From positions 163,231,699 through 163,295,698 of the forward strand of contig NC_068982.1 in NCBI RefSeq assembly GCF_001194135.2: a DNA stretch of 64,000 bases. The letters run 5' to 3'. Source of the stretch: Octopus bimaculoides (taxonomy: Eukaryota). Both the position numbers and the translations under genes were made by a program. The notes under the pieces were generated by a model. The model was not told where the DNA came from. It did not search any database and saw only the letters and a list, made by a program, of their open reading frames with translations. Below are positions 13,911-28,817 of the stretch, in pieces. Position 1 is the stretch's first letter; every line of letters starts with the position of its first letter.

Positions 13911-16900
13911 AGCATCTGATGGTTTGGTCAATATCATGATATGTATATATATATATATATATAAATACAAATAATATGTGAGTATATGCATATATACGTA
14001 CATGTATGTACATACCTACATCTATATGTATATATAGATGCATATCTAGGTACAGGATGTTGCAAAAAAACGTGGACAAAATGATAAACAGTGCACAGAA
14101 AACACACAGGCCACATAGAGAACATTTCCTTCATCAGCTGTCACCATTCTAAAACTAAGCGTTTTAATAAGTAAATAAGTTCTTGAGTTAACATTCATAT
14201 TAATAAATGGCAGAATGATGGGTTAAATAAGGCCTGAGGGTATTTAGTTATGGCATTTTACCTTCTGCAATTAAATCCTGTTATGGGTGACTTTTCCTGT
14301 CATCTCTCCAGGGCCAACAACAGAGTGTATTAGGACTGATTCATTCACCTATACTCCTTTCTTATAAATTTTGTGCCCAAATAAGAAATTAATCTCTTAG
14401 TAAGCCGTGTCTGTTTGCCAGGTTGTGATTTCACTTTCTCACTTCAAATACTTTCTGGAAAGACACAAAAACTTTCCATGGACATTTCATAAATTATCCA
14501 TTCTGTTTTATGGAGTGGCTATGGGGGCAAAATAACTTTTCAACAAAGTGTCTTGAAAGCTAATAAATGTTAAATAGTTGCACTTCAGAATGATTTCTAT
14601 TGGTTTTGCCTGAATCAGGGAATACCAGTCTTGTCTCAAGGCCAAAAAATTCAGCACTGAACTGCAGACTGATCAGATTCATCAAAAGAAACTTCAAATG
14701 TTTAGTTAAAATGTGGAAGTCTATGACTTGCATTAGAAACCGATGCACACACAGATATTGCGATTAAATATGTCAGTCATCACTAACAATACTTAAAACT
14801 ATTATAGTGGCTAAATAGAGATTAACACTACTATTAAACCCATTTACATACGAGGCAGAAATAATATGCTGATAGAATGAGAGTTGAGAGAAAAGAAGAG
14901 AGAGACAAAGAGAAAGAAGATAGAGATTTATTTGATAGCTTTGATTATAAAGAATTTATAGAAGTGCAATAAAGTTTATTTTTATGATGGTAGTTAATGT
15001 ATCAGGTCATTAATAATTTCTTTGCTGACCTTAAGGATGTTTAAGATTGATTTCCACTTAAACTATTCTTTAATAGTGCTTAAATTAAAAACTTTTAAGT
15101 TGTTCTCTTCTTATTTCCATTATGTACTATATGTTCCAGTTAGAAGCCATAATAGGTTGGATGAGATAGATGCCTTTTAAGAATGAAGTTCAATATCTGA
15201 AGAGAAAGACTTTATTTAAAGAGGGTTTCAGAAAATTGTTATCAAAATAAGCAGCCTTTAGGGTGAAGATTAATTCTAGACTATTTCAAATTACTTCTGT
15301 CATGAATCAAGATATTTCCCCTCAATCTGCATAAAGATAATTTCTAAAGAAAGGACTTTAATTTAAAATTTCAATCAGAAATTTTAGAGAGAAATTATGC
15401 TACAACTGAAATAACTTAAAAGAACTAATTTTAGTTTTAGCCTAAGGCTACACTGATGAATTCAGACTACAGAGCTGCTCAATGGTATATACAGAGGAAA
15501 GAAGAATGATTATATGAATTACTGTATTATTTGGTGGTAAGAAACTCTATTAAGGAATTCCTTGATTGTGTAGTGTAAGAAACCAAAAAAAAAATTCTGA
15601 CAGCAGTCAATTTTAAATATATCAATTGATCATTAGCGGCAATGATGGAGACTTATGACCGTAACTGTAATGGATATTTTGGTAGCTGGAATAGGAGTAT
15701 CAGTGAAAATTTAGTCGTTATAAAGTGATTAGAAGGATGAATAGACTGGAGTTGCTTTGGTACTGCAAGTTAATGAAACACTTGACAATAATACTGTGCT
15801 GATATTAATTACAGTGGTGGAATATACCACTCAAAGGTGAAATAAGCAATTGAGAGTTAAGTGTCTTCGCCATGCAGAAGTGATGTCAAAATATGAATTA
15901 CCAATGTCTTGTATGATAATCTGGTACCTTATCAGCTTGATCATCCACACACTTAACTGAATTAATAATGCCTCAAGGGTCATATAACAACTGAAACTTG
16001 GTTTTATTAGATAATTATTATTATTTCATGTCAATTACTGCAAAATGTACTAAAAACATTCAATTTCAACCTTTCAGTCTAATGAGCTATTAAAAAGAAT
16101 TTGATCAAACAAAAATACTGAATAAATTTACTTTCCTTGTTATGTAGCATTGTGGGGCTTTCATCAGTTTCTTTTAATTATATACATACACACACACATA
16201 CATATACATTTACACACACACACACATATTGAGCAAGTTTTTTATTGAAACTAAAACTTTGTCTTATGACATGAGTTTCATGCTGCTAGAATTTTAAATT
16301 AAATTTAGTGTAAATTTACCTAGAATTCAATGGTAAATAGACGTTTAAAATTTAAACAAAGCAAAATATGTACGTGTACACATAAAAATATACAAACATA
16401 TAGGAATGTATGTATGACAGAATATAAAAATGTGAGAAACTGGTTTTCATATTTTTATTACTTATCACACACTCTTTATAGTTGCATATTTTGCTATGTT
16501 TAAAATGTAAATATATATTGAAGAATAGTTATGGACATATAGAAATGCAAAATATTCAGAATTCCTATTCTATTTGAACATCCTATAATATAAAAACTAA
16601 AAATATATGAGGTAGAAGCTGAAGCTCCTGTTGAAACCAACATGTATTTTTGACATACATGTTAAAAAGGCAGTGAAAAAAAATAAAATAAAAATAGAAG
16701 CATTTGTCTAGTTTTTACAGAGTCAATTCTCAGTGAAGTAAGTGAATTTTCTGAAGACAACATCGTTGCAACACTGTCTAAATATTTCTTAAAACCAAAT
16801 ATTAAACACCATACCATTTTCAGAATCCCACAACACTTAATGTGCTAACAACATCACTGACAAGAACAACAACAACAACAACAAAAAAAAGCACAAAATC

Positions 16901-17173
16901 TTTACTCTAATGTGACAAATAAAACCAAAAACAAAAAAATCCCAGCTAACCTGAAGAGTGCAAGTGAGTAAGAAATGCAGCTATTTGTGAAAACAAGTGC
17001 ATTTGCATGCCTGGGTTGGTGAGCTAAGAGCATGTTAAAATTTGGATGGGCACAAAGATATCTACACTTACCACATCACTAAACTGAGGCATAAATTGAT
17101 TAATATACACATAGGATATGTATCTATGTGCCTATATATATATCAGATTTCTCACATTCAAATAAGCCAATAA

Positions 17174-17206
<33 letters not shown>

Positions 17207-17270
17207 TATATATTTATAATACATATATATGTATTTATATATATATGTATGTATATATATGTACATATAT

Positions 17271-17302
<32 letters not shown>

Positions 17303-18659
17303 GATGGTATGAATGTGAGTAGGTGTTTGTTATAAAGGGAGGTGAACTGATGAGTCAAAACTAAACAGCAATGTCAGTGATAATATTTTAAAAACAGGTA
17401 GCAACCTTTATAGAACAGCCATTGATGATGAGGTCAGACCTACCCACCATACAGAGAATATATGTATATATATATATAACTCTAATTTTGTGGGGGTAAG
17501 ACAAAAGTTTAGCAACACTATGTAGTCAAAAGTAATTTTTTTTGTATTCTTTTTAGAGTCTCAATAGCTAAAAAAATATGAAAGAAAGAAAGAAAAGTTT
17601 ATTTTCATTCATATATATATATACACACTGAAAAGATGCGTTTTATTAAAGGAAAAATGTTTTACTTCTAATTTTACTTAGCGGGGCTCTTAAATGGAAA
17701 GTTTTAGTGCAATTAATCATGTTTGAGAATGTAAATTGAACAAAATGCACAATCAGCTTGCATTATGACTTATGATGGAGTATTATGGAACATTTGAATA
17801 AAAGTATAAGAAGAAAATAAGAAAAGAAAGCATAATTAAGAAAAAAGAAACAAAACAAAAAGAACTCTGAACATTTGATACACTGGATACACTCTTCTTA
17901 ATCTGTGATGAATATTTCTTGGACTGACAGGGAAAACTAACTCATTAATGTTTTCAACCTAATATTACTACACAGAATAATAATAGTTTCAGGTGAGTAT
18001 GGTTAAATTATTACTCTATTAGATACGAGTTAAAAAACAACTTTTTAAGCTGGCCAAATTAGCAACTATAATTGTATATTCTAGTCTTGCAATAACTATT
18101 TCATCTTTTGCTTATTCTTTTCAGAAAGTAGGCGTTTGAATATGTCTGACTGCTATTTCTAGCAGGCTGAGCATCCATGTCATTCTTAGGGAAGATGATA
18201 TGTTACTCAAGGAGTATCACACACCCAAACCCATAAAATCACATGCAAAGCCAAATATGTTCTGATCATTGGATTTTTGTTTATGCTATGTTCTGATTAT
18301 TGGTTTCTTGTTTTATAAAATAAAATACATATCTAACACTATTAGTAATGTGAATGCTGAAGAATTAACATTTTTAAAATTAAAATGAATAAGAAACCTA
18401 GTACTTAATTCCCATTAATCTTGTGTTCAAATCCTAGCACATACAAATATCTGTCTATACCAATGGTTTTCAGATTATAAACAAGCTGACTTGGTTTTGA
18501 TTTCCATGCCACAGGTCTAATTACACAAGTAATAATGTTAATCAAATAATAATTATTTTTGGTTGTTAGAAATATCCTAAGACGTTAATTATCATTATTG
18601 TCAGATGTTTAGCAGTACCATGCTATGTGTATGTGTCATATATATGTGTAAACACAACA

Positions 18660-18692
<33 letters not shown>

Positions 18693-18728
18693 CACACACA
18701 CACACATGTATGTATATACATATACAAA

Positions 18729-18762
<34 letters not shown>

Positions 18763-19572
18763 ATCATCAACATCATCATTGTTTAATGTCCACTTTCCAT
18801 GCTGGTTTATATACACATGCATATGTATATTAATGTATAATATATATTTATGTGTATACATGTATACATATATATGAACATACATGTGTATATATAACAT
18901 ATGCATATGTACACAAATACACACATACTATATGTGTATGTATATATGCACATATGTATATATATATATTTCGGAAAACAAACATGTGAGATATTGAAAA
19001 TGTTACATTCTATCTTATTCGTGTCCTTCTTTCATTTTCATTGCAAGCTGTTACAGGTAAAAAAATCAAATGACACCAACAGGTGACATATAATTACAAG
19101 GACTTGAGCTAATGAACAGGCACATGATTCTCACCTGCAAAAGAACAAACACACTTAAAAAGGGACCAATTATACTTACCAGAAGCACAGAAAAATAAAA
19201 CCAATCAAAACAAAATGATAGAAAGAAAAAAAATCATTCAAATAAAGTTTCCAGGTTTGGTGTGTCTCAATTTCAGGTATTTTATGATTACTATTAATAT
19301 AAATGTGCCAAAAAACACATGGATGCAAACAGACATCATACACACACGCACCCCCACCCCCTCACACACATTTACTCAAAGGATATGAAATATCAAAGTA
19401 ACTTTATTATTTGCTGTTAACATATGTTCTGGTAATGTTTAGGTAGATAAAAATAATAATTTTCTATAGTTTTTCACATTCCATTGTTCAAAATAATCTG
19501 GGATTTTTGGTGACTGAATTTATATTATATATACATACATATACACATACATACATGCATATATATATACAC

Positions 19573-19615
<43 letters not shown>

Positions 19616-21101
19616 TATATATATGTACATATATATAAATATATTTATATATATATGTACTTCTACATGTGTATACACATGTATATATGCATATATACAT
19701 ACATACATATATATATATATATTTATATAATTATGCATTTACACATGTATATATATATAAATTTTATCCTTATTGATAAGAAGAATTTTGATATTGTTAT
19801 GATACAGTAGTTATGGTAGATTAAAAATCATAAAGTTTGAATGTATTGTATTACAAGAAATAATTTTATTTATAATTATTTTAAATAAAATTTGAAATAT
19901 TATTTTTTGTTTTCATGTTTTCAGTGTTAGAAGTATGGAAATATAAATTTTCAAAATTCTAGCCACAGAATATATTTTATCTAATATTTTTGTATTTATG
20001 TAAGTCATAACTTTGAAGAAAATGGCTTTGCTAAGCATGAAAATATCAAATTTTGGAGCTAATTATTAGGGAACTTATAACATCTCGCAAAGTTGGTGAG
20101 CAGCTCGTAATTACTGAAGTAATATTTATAATGTAAGAATAGAATTTTCTAGATTATATTTTCTAAGTTTAGTAGTGAGTTAGTTTAAAGAGTAAGATGA
20201 AAAGATTAGAAAAAGAAAGTTCTATTCTGGATTAACTGTAGAAATGAGAAGGGATTGCAAAACAAAGAAAAAAAAAGTTTGAAGAGAACAAAAATAATAG
20301 GAAAAAGACAAACAAAAATAACAATGAAATCAATTTTATAATCACTTTGGAAAATGCATTGCTTCCTTTTTTTCTTTCTTTTTTTAAAGCAATGCTTCTT
20401 TTCAGTTATAACTGTACATCTTTCTGGTTATGAAGGTTGCTATAAAAATAGGAATATCATGTGAAGCAGAAAGATTGATGGCAGATGCGATGTTTGTAAA
20501 TATGTTGAGTACGCAGTGTATGTCAAGGTTAAAGAGAAACAAGAAGACATGGGTAAAACTGGAGCAACGGAGAAAGCATGGAATATTTTGGGAACATTGA
20601 TGGTAAGATTAATATTAGTCTGGCAATAAAGATTGGTTGGTTTGATGTAAGGAGGCTGTGTATTGGAATAAGAAATACAGATAATGTGGCAGGCCATAGC
20701 AGATGGAGTTAAAAGCAAAAGGATTAGCAAGTTTTCATCAAATGCTTTTTCTATTGTAGAGGTCAACCAACAATGAAGAAGGAAATTCGGTCCATCAAAA
20801 GCTCTAAAGATTTCATTTGTCTTCAAGAATTTATTCAGTGTTACAATTTGTGGAGTTTTGTTGTGGTTCAGAAGTTGTTCAATGTACAGGTGAACACTTT
20901 CAGTGAATTTTAAGTTGTATATGTAGGATATAGTAAAAGTCCTTCCAAAATAAAAAAAAAAAAATGCCTTTTATTTATTTCATTTGCCTTGATTTGAACA
21001 GGAAAATAGAAAAACCTAAGCTACAAGGTAGAAATTTCTTACATATGTCAGCTATACATGGTTGACTGGTTAAGCAGATGTAACAAGATTAGTTAGGATA
21101 G

Positions 21102-21132
<31 letters not shown>

Positions 21133-22500
21133 GGAGAGAGAGAAAGAGAGAGAAGACTNNNNNNNNNNNNNNNNNNNNNNNNNNNNNNNNNNNNNNNNNN
21201 NNNNNNNNNNNNNNNNNNNNNNNNNNNNNNNNNNNNNNNNNNNNNNNNNNNNNNNNNNNNNNNNNNNNNNNNNNNNNNNNNNNNNNNNNNNNNNNNNNNN
21301 NNNNNNNNNNNNNNNNNNNNNNNNNNNNNNNNNNNNNNNNNNNNNNNNNNNNNNNNNNNNNNNNNNNNNNNNNNNNNNNNNNNNNNNNNNNNNNNNNNNN
21401 NNNNNNNNNNNNNNNNNNNNNNNNNNNNNNNNNNNNNNNNNNNNNNNNNNNNNNNNNNNNNNNNNNNNNNNNNNNNNNNNNNNNNNNNNNNNNNNNNNNN
21501 NNNNNNNNNNNNNNNNNNNNNNNNNNNNNNNNNNNNNNNNNNNNNNNNNNNNNNNNNNNNNNNNNNNNNNNNNNNNNNNNNNNNNNNNNNNNNNNNNNNN
21601 NNNNNNNNNNNNNNNNNNNNNNNNNNNNNNNNNNNNNNNNNNNNNNNNNNNNNNNNNNNNNNNNNNNNNNNNNNNNNNNNNNNNNNNNNNNNNNNNNNNN
21701 NNNNNNNNNNNNNNNNNNNNNNNNNNNNNNNNNNNNNNNNNNNNNNNNNNNNNNNNNNNNNNNNNNNNNNNNNNNNNNNNNNNNNNNNNNNNNNNNNNNN
21801 NNNNNNNNNNNNNNNNNNNNNNNNNAAGGCAATCAAATAAATAAATGTCTTTTTTCTTTTTTTTTTCCAAATTTTTTTTCTGATGAAAACTCTAACAAAA
21901 AGAAAAAAAAATTGTAAAATAATGAGTGTTTGGCACAGTACTGTGCTGTGAATATGATACATTCTCATTTGAAAAGGAAGGAAAAAAAACAGTTAAATGA
22001 CTGCTAGTTGCTATCTTAGTAAGGCAACATAAACAGAGAACATTCACTCATCCTCAGTAATACTGACCATATTTAACATATAATATTACAATTAAAAAAA
22101 ATTAGTCATTAATAAATGATTTGTATACAAAATTGTCATCAAGGTGTGTATATTAGTGTAGTATATATATATGTATATATATGATATATGATATATATAT
22201 ATATATATATGTATGATATATATATGTATGATATATATATATGATATATAAGGTGTGTTCATATTAATCATTTCATTGGTAACACCTAGCTTCCTCTCCC
22301 ATACAATGAGAACAGGCTACACCATGAAGCAAACTATCCATGCTGTCTTGGAATTACATGACAGAGGTATTTCTCCAATTTAGTAAACTATTCAACAGGT
22401 TTATTTATATGATATGATTGGAAATATTGGCAGGAAGGTTTTGGCTTTCAGTGGTTCTATCTTTTATGACACAACCATTAAATTCTGTCCCTGTTTCATG

Positions 22501-22568
<68 letters not shown>

Positions 22569-23827
22569 ATCATATATGTGTATATTATATATATAGTGTA
22601 TATATTTATATGTATATTATATATATTTCTCCATATTTGGAAGGACAAACCATGTATAGAGAATATCCACCCCCATCCCACAACCCACCACCCATGTATG
22701 GGTAGGTTAGGACAAACCCAAAATTGGCTTGCGTAACTGGCAAGCATTTTATGACAGGGTCACTTAAATGACATAGGGTCTATGTTGCACAAGTTAGTAA
22801 AATTAAAAAAAAAAAACAGAAAGAGAAAAAAAGAAACAAAAAAATTAAGAAAAATATAAAGTAGAGAAAAGAACTCAAAAAGGAGGAAGATAGAGGAAAA
22901 TTAGGAAATTCCAAGTGGTTTTTGGAGAGTTCAAAGTTAGCATTTTGACAAAGATAAAGAGAGAACATGAATTTGGATTTTTTTTTATTTATTCAAAAAA
23001 CAATTTTCGTTAAGGCAAATGCATTTTTTTTCCAATTAATAAATTTTTTTTATAATCAAATTTCTCAAAAGTTTGGGAAAAATCATTAGAAATAACAATT
23101 TTATTTTATTTCTGTTTAAAAATAATGTTTGTATTGAATTAAAGGAAATATGTAGAAATAGCAACATAATGGGGTTTTTGTCCCCAACAACCCTAATATA
23201 TGTGTTTGGCTCTCTAAATACATATTTCTATGAAATAAGTAACCGTCTATGAAACCTTCACAAACTCTGTTCAGCTGTTTACTATAATGTCTTCTATCTA
23301 TCTATCTATCTATCTATCTATCCATCCATCCATCTATCTATCCATCCATCTATCAGAACAGGATGCAACATTTGAAACTTTAGTGTTCTATTGTATCTCT
23401 TCATTAAATTCCAGTTGTAAATCCACCAGAGTTTAATCTTGATATTGTTAGACACTAGATTTCATATTAATCAACTTATAAGATTTTACAAACTCTGAAG
23501 TATGAACTTAAAGCAATTAATATCTATATCTGTATCTGCATTGACTGAGTGTCATTCTCAAGATTTTGAGCAATTGTTTTTAACAATATATCTTATTGCA
23601 TTTATTATAGAAAGATTAGTTTAAATAAAAATGATCACATTTTTTGCCTTGCGAGTTTTATAAAAAATATATATATATTTATAATTCACATAGAATACAT
23701 AAACAATAGTAGAAAAAACTGGTGTAATCTGTTTGCATATCTTTTTCTCTCTATACATATGCATATATACATATATATACACACATAAACAATGCATAAA
23801 TATATACATATACATCTATATATATGG

Positions 23828-23859
<32 letters not shown>

Positions 23860-23863
<4 letters not shown>

Positions 23864-25084
23864 GTTGGTGCATAATTATTGTGGCTTTTTTTCAACAAAT
23901 TTTATTTAACAAAAACAATAACAATATTTAACAAAAATATCTTTAAATGATGGTCGACTTTTTTTCATAAAAATACATATTGAAAATCATATCCACATTT
24001 GTTATATTATGCTCTACCACTTCGAGAAAGGTTGGAATGCACTTTTTGGTGAAAGAACAATCAGCAAACGCCAAGTTGAAAGATGATTCAGGAAGTTCAA
24101 ATCAGGCGATGCAAACCTCACAGATGAAAAAGGAAGAGGTTGACCATCAAATTTCAATGACCAGGCACTTTTGGCAGCCATGGAAGAGGATAAAAGCTTG
24201 ACAACGAGAATGTTGGCTGAAGACTTCAATGTGGACCATCGTTTCAAAAAGCTCGGAAAAGTATAGAAATTGGCTGGGTGGGTCCCCCACGAACTCTCCG
24301 ATAACAAAGCTGAACATGTCCAAAGTTTTACTGATTTTGCTGCAGCGAAATAAGCAAACTCTGTTCCTGAAGAATCTCATCACTGGGGATGAATTGTGGT
24401 TTCTCTTCAAAAACGTCAAAAGAAAGGTTTGCATTTCACCAGGTGTTTCACCCAAAGGAATACCAAAAAGCATTCACTGTAAGAAGGCAATGGGGTGTGT
24501 TTGGTGGGTCAGAAGCGGAATCATTCACTGGGAAATCATCTCAAATGGGATTTGTTATTGGTGGAACGATGATGATGATGAGTGTCAACAGTGGTGGATT
24601 CTGGACAAAAATGGCAAGCGGCAATTAAATATCAAACAATGACATTCATCTAGCTCAACTTGACTGCAATCAAGATGAAAAGAGCGCAAAAAGAACCATA
24701 TTGTCTTCCACCACGATAATGCACATCCACATGTTGAGTGTTGTCTCATCAAATCTATCGCAATAAGGGCTGCGAACTGCTTCCTCATCTGCCATATTCT
24801 CCCACAGAAGCACCTACGGACTATCACATCAATTGATTGCTGAAAAATTGGCTCACGAACAAAGTATCCGATGACTTGGATGACTTAGTGGCCGCTGTCA
24901 AAGAGTGGATTGCTTCTAAGAACATTAACTTCTTTGCTCATGGAAACGACTGTCTGCCAAGCAAATGGGAAGCAGTAATTGAAATAGATGGTGAATATGC
25001 TCCGGAATAACCATTTAAAGATGTTTTTGTTACATGTTATTATTTTTGTTGAAAAAAAGCCGCAATAATTATGCACCAACCCAA
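23860..25084 (+). mobile_element. Mariner transposon relic (1225 bp, inactivated transposase; TIRs resemble mellifera/cecropia types)
   Basis: TIRs TTGGGTTGGTGCATAATTATTG(T/C)GGCTTTTTT with TA on both sides. Transposase motifs: WVPHEL, LITGDELW, HHDNAHPH, PYSP..APTDYH, KWEAVIEIDGEY. Multiple frameshifts. Confidence 0.92.
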
Positions 25085-26997
25085 TATATATATGTTAAGG
25101 AAGTAAGACTAATTGGCATTACCAATGCAACTGACATAGCATTTAAAAACTTATATAAAATGCATTCACTAAAGGACTGAGCAGCTGTCATACAACTTTT
25201 ATAAGACGTTTCTAGTTTGAAAATAAAAAAAATAACAAAACTATTAGAGCTGAGAAAGAAGCTATGACAAGGAACAAGTTGTAATACAAGGACAACTGAA
25301 TAGGTTTACTGATTTGCCTTCTTAGGAAATAATAGGCCACTGTCAAGGCCTGAAATTTCGGGGGAGTAGGCTTTTCGAGTACATTGACCCCAATGATCCA
25401 CTGGTACCCATTTTATCGCTTTCAGTGATCAACTGGTATTTATTTTATTGGCCTTGAAAGGACGAAAGGCAAAGCTGATCTTGAGTACAAATTCTGTACT
25501 CAGTAAGCAAAAAGCACAAAGCATTTTGGCCTAAGTGCTAATGATCTGCCAACTTGAATAATAGTGTTTTCTAAGAGAGGCACAAGAGTACACATTTAAG
25601 GAATGGGACAATTGGTTATATCAAACCTTCCCAACTGCTATTTATTTTTTTTTATCAGCCCCAGAAAGATGAAATGCAAATTTTATCCTTGGTTTGATAT
25701 CTACTCTGAATGTAAAATGCTGCAACTAAACACTGCAAAGCAATTTTTTCATTGGTGCTGTACTGATTTGTCAACCATTCTGCTATACTTTGCCCTTATA
25801 AGTGTTTCTGATTTAGGCACAAGGCTAGGAGTTTTGAGGAGAGAATATTAGTTAATATTCTTTCTTCAACCAATCAACTCCGGTCTTTGACTGGTTCCTT
25901 ATTTTATTGACCTGGTGGGATGGTACACAAGGTTGACTATGGAAGGATTTGAATTCAGAATGTAAAGAGTTGGAAGAAATATTATAAGGCATTTTGTCCA
26001 ATGCTCTAATGATTCTGCAAACTGTTTCTAATGTAGGCATAATCCAGCAAATTTTAAGGAGAGGGGCTACTTGATTAAACTGACCCAATACTCGACTGGT
26101 AGTGTATCTTGTTGACCATAATAGGATAAAAAGCTAACTTGACTTTGGAGGGATATGAAATCAAAATATAAAGAGCCACACCAAATGCCAAAGCAAGGCA
26201 TTCTGTCCAATACTCTAGAAAGATTTTGTCAATCCATGGCCCCTTATTCTTCTCCTAATAGTAACATTAGGCTCAGATTTAGGCACAAGGTTGGTATTTC
26301 TGAAGGGAGAGGGCTGCTTGATACCATTGACTGCAGTACTTGATGGTACTTATTTTATTGAGTCTAAAAGGAAGAATGGCAAAGTTGATCTTGGCAGGAT
26401 TTGAACACAGAATGTAAAGAGCCAGAACAAATACTGCAAGGCATTTTGTCCAACACTAACAATTGTGCCAGTTCACCAAATTAGTAGTAATAATAACAGT
26501 AGGAATAAATGGTTTCTGATTTATGTACAAAGCTAGTAATTTTGAGGAGAAGGAGTTAGTCAATATTATTGACCCCAGTATTTGACTGGTACTTTATTTT
26601 ATCAATCGCAAAAGGATGAAAGGTGAAGTTGACCTTGGTGGGATTTGAACCCCCAAAAGTAAAGAGCTGGAATAAATAGTGTTAAACATTTTTTCTGAGG
26701 CTCTAATGACTCTTAGATTACCACCTTGAATAATATTAATAATAATAATAATAAAAATAATAATGATAATAATAGTAATAATGGCTCCAAATTTTGATGC
26801 AAGGCTAGCAATTTTGGGGGAGGGGGCTAGTTGATTACATCGACCCCAGTGCCCAACTGATACTTATTTTATCAACCTTCAATAGGATGAAAGGTAAAGT
26901 TAACCTCATCAGAATTTGAACTCAGAACATACAGATGGACGAGACACCACTAAGAATTTTGCCTGGCTTGCTAATGATTCTGTCAGCTTGCCTCCTA

Positions 26998-27038
<41 letters not shown>

Positions 27039-27688
27039 TAATAATGATAATAATGATAATAATAATAATAATAATAATAATTATTATTTCTGATGTAGAA
27101 TAAGGACACAACATTTCAGTTTACAGGTGTAGGCCATTGAATCATCTATAATGAAATACTGGCACTTATTTTTCTTAATAATGGTACGTTATTTTATTGA
27201 CCCCAGAACAAATATTGGTTACAAATTTTGGTGCAATTTCAAGGGAGGGATAAGTCAATTACTTCGAGCCCAGAGTTCAACTGATACTTATTTTATTGAC
27301 TCAGATAGGATGAAAGTCAAAGTCGACTTTGATGGAATTTGAACTCAGAATGTAAAGATGGCTGAAATGCCATAAGCATTTTGCCTGGCAAGCTAATGGT
27401 TCAACCAGTTCGCCAGAATAAATATTGTAAAGAATTTTGTTCAACATTAACAATTTTACACTCTCATAATAATAATTCTTTCTACTGAAGGCAAAAAGCC
27501 TGAAATTTGGTGGGAGGGGACTAATCAATTACATCAACCCCAAGGTTTCCCTAGTACTCATTTTATTGACCCCGAAAGGATCAAAGGCAAAGTTGACCTT
27601 AGTGGAATTTGAACCCAAAACGTGAAGACAGATGAAATACTGCAGAGTATTTTGCCCAGCATGCTAATGATTATGCCAACTCACCACC

Positions 27689-27744
<56 letters not shown>

Positions 27745-27959
27745 TTCTAACACAAGCATAAGGACACAGATTTGCTCAAAGGAGTAAATTAACTAAATCA
27801 ACTCTAGTACTTAAGTGGCACTTTATTTTTGTCAATTCTGTAACAAAATGGCAAAGTTGACCTCTGCAGAATTTGAACTCAGAGTGCAAAGGGTCATAAC
27901 AAAATACACAAAACATTTGGTTTGATGCTTTAATCATTCTGCCAAGCCCTCATCTACCT

Positions 27960-28380
27960 CTTCAAGTGGTACTTGAAGAGGAAACTGACCATAGAAAGGA
28001 AGGTCATGCCCTTTCATTAATCAATGAAATTTGGATGAAAGAAGCAAAACTGGTGTGGACTAAATGGACTTACTCTAATTATACAGCTGCAGATTACAAC
28101 AAAAACTGGATGATGGCACTTACCTTTAGTGTGTCACAGTAATCTAGAGTTATGTGTGGAGTGCCCTGAACCCCCACCATTTTTGAGGATGCTTTCTTGT
28201 TGATCTGTTGTTCTATATTTTTTTTGTTATCAATTAATTAATATCTTTGTTATTAGTAATCTTATCCTTTTACTTGTAAACACTTCCCCAATACTATTCT
28301 TTGTTTTCTATTTCACCTTTGTACTGTCTCCAGTACAAAGCCCTTGTGGCTAATAAAACAAATCATTATTATTATTAAAG
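27960..28380 (+). mobile_element. Probable 3' end of an L1/Tx1-type LINE inserted within the SINE cluster
   Basis: A short coding-like stretch (EIWMKEAKLVW), then a T-rich UTR, AATAAA and an (ATT)n tail (gcccttgtggctaataaaacaaatcattattattatt). Clade assignment is tentative. Confidence 0.35.
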
Positions 28381-28607
28381 CAGAAAATCAATAATAAAAA
28401 TAATAATAATCCTTTCTTATTTAGGCATAAGGCCAGCAAGTCAATTACATCAACCCAAGCACTTGACAGGTACTATATTTTACCGATCCCAAAAGGATTA
28501 AAAGCAATGTTGACCTTGGCAGAATTTGAATTCAGAATGTAAAGACTTAGAACTAATATGATAAGGTATTTTAATGATGCTATAACAACTCTGCCAGCTT
28601 ACTGCCC

Positions 28608-28817
28608 TTAACACTTAAACCAGCCATATCAGACCCAAATATTCTACCTGTTTTATGTTCAGACCAGCCAGATCCAGCCTCTCACACCTATCTTACAATA
28701 TCATTCTAAAAATAAACATTCACATCATTGAGATCTTGAAGCTACAAGCTAATACATGATTTATTCAAAACAACATGGATTACATTTAACAGAGTAATCT
28801 GAATGCTAAAGGGTTAA
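28608..28817. mobile_element. TTAA-flanked (piggyBac-like) MITE relic, left terminus eroded
   Basis: TTAA at both ends. The right end reads aatgctaaagggTTAA (CCC terminus). It lies between two SINE copies. Confidence 0.4.

Noticed and set aside
17072-17083. 12-nt minus-strand microexon candidate cctcag|TTTAGTGATGTG|gtaagt
   Set aside because: The donor is good but the pyrimidine tract is weak and no host gene was identified; expected by chance in 64 kb.
20440-20826. 128-aa ORF with IEKAFD, a possible L1-type RT remnant
   Set aside because: Only one short motif matches; too degenerate to support a feature call.
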